DNA from: Terriglobia bacterium
GTDB taxonomy: Bacteria > Acidobacteriota > UBA6911
Direction: 5' to 3'
DNA: 64,000 nucleotides
Assembly (NCBI GenBank): GCA_963739235.1
Contig: CAVTZY010000050.1
Span: 60,405 to 124,404 of the forward strand
Under the pieces are notes generated by a model that did no database searches, was not told where the DNA came from, and saw nothing but the letters and a program-made list of their open reading frames with translations. The position numbers and the translations under genes were made by a program. Positions within the stretch are counted from its first letter, which is position 1. The number at the start of each line of letters is the position of its first letter. Below, one piece after another: positions 61,764-64,000 of the stretch.

Positions 61764-64000
61764 ACCGCCATGTCAATGCCATCGCCGGCCGCCTCAGCCT
61801 GCGCCCGCCGCAGCGGCACTCGCTGGAGATCCTTGATCGAATCACCGAGATCGCGCCGCCGGGAAAGGGGACAGATGTCGAGGCTGCGCTGGCCGCAATC
61901 CGCATCGAGTTCCCCACCGTGTCGGATTTTGAGCGCGAATTCCCCTCGCTCTGTTTTGCGCTGGCTACCGGCGTGGGTAAAACCCGGCTCATGGGCGCAT
62001 TCATCAGCTACCTGCACCTGGCGCACGGCATCAACAATTTCTTCGTCCTGGCTCCCAATCTGACCATCTACAACAAGCTGATCGCCGACTTTACGCCGGG
62101 GACGCCGAAGTACGTGTTCAAGGGCATCGCCGAGTTTGCCACGGACGCTCCGGAAATCATCACCGGCGACAATTATGAATCACGGGCGCGCACCCTCTTC
62201 GACGAATTGATCCGCTGCAAGGTGAACATTTTCAACATCTCGAAGATCAATTCCGAGGTGCGCGGGGGCAAGTCGCCCCGCATCAAGCGCCTGTCCGAAT
62301 ATATCGGCGAGAGCTATTTCGATTATCTGGCGGGACTCCCCGACCTCGTTCTGCTGATGGACGAATCCCATCGCTACCGCGCGTCGGCGGGTGTGCGCGC
62401 GATCAATGAGCTGAAACCGCTGATTGGTCTTGAACTGACCGCTACGCCCTTCTTCGAGACAAGCAAGGGACCCGTCGCCTTTAAAAACGTAATCTTTGAC
62501 TATCCGCTCGGCAGGGCCATGGGTGACGGTTTCGTGAAGGAACCGGCGGTCGTCACACGCAAAAACTTCAATCCGGCGGGTATGTCGATTGAAGAGCTTG
62601 AGCGGTTAAAGCTCGAAGACGGCGTGCGGCTGCACGAGCAAACCAAGGTGCTGCTGGAAACCTACGCCCGAGAGAACAGCGAGCCAATCGTCAAGCCTTT
62701 CGTACTGGTCATTGCCCGGGATACGACCCATGCAGGCGAGTTAATCCAGTTGATCAGGCGGGACGACTTTTTTGAGGGGCGCTACCGGGACAAGGTCATC
62801 CAGGTGGATTCGAGCAAGACAGGCGCGGAAGAAGACGAGATGATTGACCGCCTGCTCAAGGTGGAGCACACCGATGAGCCGACCGAGATCGTCATCCACG
62901 TGAATATGCTCAAGGAAGGCTGGGATGTAACCAACCTCTACACCATCGTGCCGTTGCGCGCGGCCAACGCGCGAATTCTGATCGAGCAGTCCATCGGGCG
63001 AGGTTTGCGCCTCCCTTACGGGAAGCGTACCGGTGTGCCTGCGGTCGACCGGCTGAACATCGTGGCTCACGACAGGTTTCAGGAGATCATTAATGAGGCG
63101 AACCGGCCGGAATCGCCGATCCGCCTTCAAGCGATCGTACTTGCGGAAGAGGAGCTTGGAGAGAAAACCAAGACGGTGGTCTCTCAATCGACGCTGGCAA
63201 ATAGGCTCGGAGTTAAGCCCGTACAAGCAACCCAGTTGACCGAGGTTGCGACCAACAACGATCCCCCCGCATTCCAAACCCCGCAGGAGCAGAAGATCGC
63301 ACAACTTACCTACGAGGTGATCCGGAAACTGGAGAACCAGCCGCGGCGGCTGCCGTGCGTGTCGTATTTGAATCAGCCTGAACTGCAGGCTGAGGTGACG
63401 CGTGAAGTCACCTCGCAGTATCGTGCGGCGCAATTAGAGTTGCCGGAACTCGCCGGCCAGCCGGATGTTGCCACAGTGGTCGCCAAAACGGCTGAGCTGA
63501 TCATCGAACAGACCATCGACATTCCGCGCATTCTGGTAGTCCCCAGAGGCGAGGTTCGCTCCGGCTTCAAACCATTTACGCTGGAGCTGGGTACGCTCAA
63601 CTACCAGGCGCCATCCGAGGAGCTGTGGATTCAGTATCTTCGCACCGGTGGCACCGAAGTTGTGGGCCTGGGCAGGGGCGGCATCGAAGAGGCGCGGCTG
63701 GAAGATTATGTCGTAAGCGGCCTCGTGGATTTCGACGACGTTGCCTACGACAGCCACGCCGACCTGCTTTATGACTTGGCTGCGCAGACGGTCCGGCACT
63801 TCAGGACCTACCTCTCGGAGGAGGACACGCGCAAAGTTCTGCGCCTGCATCAGAGGGAGATTGTGCGTTTCATCCACGCGCAGATGCAGCAGCACTACTG
63901 GGAAGAGGCGGCAGGTTATGAGGTGGTCGTGAGCAAGGGATTCGGCGAATTGAAGCCGAGCGCCTATACAGCCTCTGTCAGCGCGCCGGCGCTGGATTTC
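61760..64000 (+). CDS. res: type III restriction endonuclease Res subunit (runs off the window end)
   Basis: MNRHVNAIAGRLSLRPPQ..., ALATGVGKT, MDESH, LTATP, MLKEGWDV, EQSIGRGLR; absent from the ORF track, presumably because it has no stop in the window. Confidence 0.9.
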   Translation, partial: MNRHVNAIAGRLSLRPPQRHSLEILDRITEIAPPGKGTDVEAALAAIRIEFPTVSDFEREFPSLCFALATGVGKTRLMGAFISYLHLAHGINNFFVLAPNLTIYNKLIADFTPGTPKYVFKGIAEFATDAPEIITGDNYESRARTLFDELIRCKVNIFNISKINSEVRGGKSPRIKRLSEYIGESYFDYLAGLPDLVLLMDESHRYRASAGVRAINELKPLIGLELTATPFFETSKGPVAFKNVIFDYPLGRAMGDGFVKEPAVVTRKNFNPAGMSIEELERLKLEDGVRLHEQTKVLLETYARENSEPIVKPFVLVIARDTTHAGELIQLIRRDDFFEGRYRDKVIQVDSSKTGAEEDEMIDRLLKVEHTDEPTEIVIHVNMLKEGWDVTNLYTIVPLRAANARILIEQSIGRGLRLPYGKRTGVPAVDRLNIVAHDRFQEIINEANRPESPIRLQAIVLAEEELGEKTKTVVSQSTLANRLGVKPVQATQLTEVATNNDPPAFQTPQEQKIAQLTYEVIRKLENQPRRLPCVSYLNQPELQAEVTREVTSQYRAAQLELPELAGQPDVATVVAKTAELIIEQTIDIPRILVVPRGEVRSGFKPFTLELGTLNYQAPSEELWIQYLRTGGTEVVGLGRGGIEEARLEDYVVSGLVDFDDVAYDSHADLLYDLAAQTVRHFRTYLSEEDTRKVLRLHQREIVRFIHAQMQQHYWEEAAGYEVVVSKGFGELKPSAYTASVSAPALDF

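Noticed and set aside
47936-64000. DISARM, BREX or Druantia assignment
   Set aside because: No DrmA, PLD, PglZ, BrxC or other Dru partners; the methylase and downstream helicase match type III Mod/Res

Overview
64 kb of bacterial DNA, probably Acidobacteriota (inferred from the ADOP-type permease and the secreted-protein types), in three zones. (1) 1-24.5 kb is accessory DNA. It holds two related integrative elements in tandem, each ending in a parA + winged-HTH gene pair next to an identical 51-bp 3' half of a CAT-anticodon tRNA (att sites at 6344 and 21231). Cargo includes two AbiE systems (one AbiEii fused to WYL), a degenerate-ATPase/radical-SAM fusion and a TOTE-type primase-helicase, followed by a short integron cassette array with no integrase. 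(2) 25-37.8 kb holds ordinary genes (PAS histidine kinase, secreted proteins, M14 deacylase, amidohydrolase, ABC permease) with REP-like hairpins. (3) 37.8-64 kb is a defence island. It has toxin-antitoxin remnants and a translationally coupled operon of nucleoside deoxyribosyltransferase-methyltransferase fusion, dTMP kinase and HhH/Fe-S DNA glycosylase, which is the best candidate for an undescribed system. Divergent from that operon are a WYL regulator, a DEAD/DEAH helicase and a SNF2/type III R-M operon with RloC-like, OLD-like, DUF1016 and zeta-like insertions. Many genes carry single frameshifts, some probably sequencing or assembly errors. All calls come from reading motifs by eye; no database searches were run.
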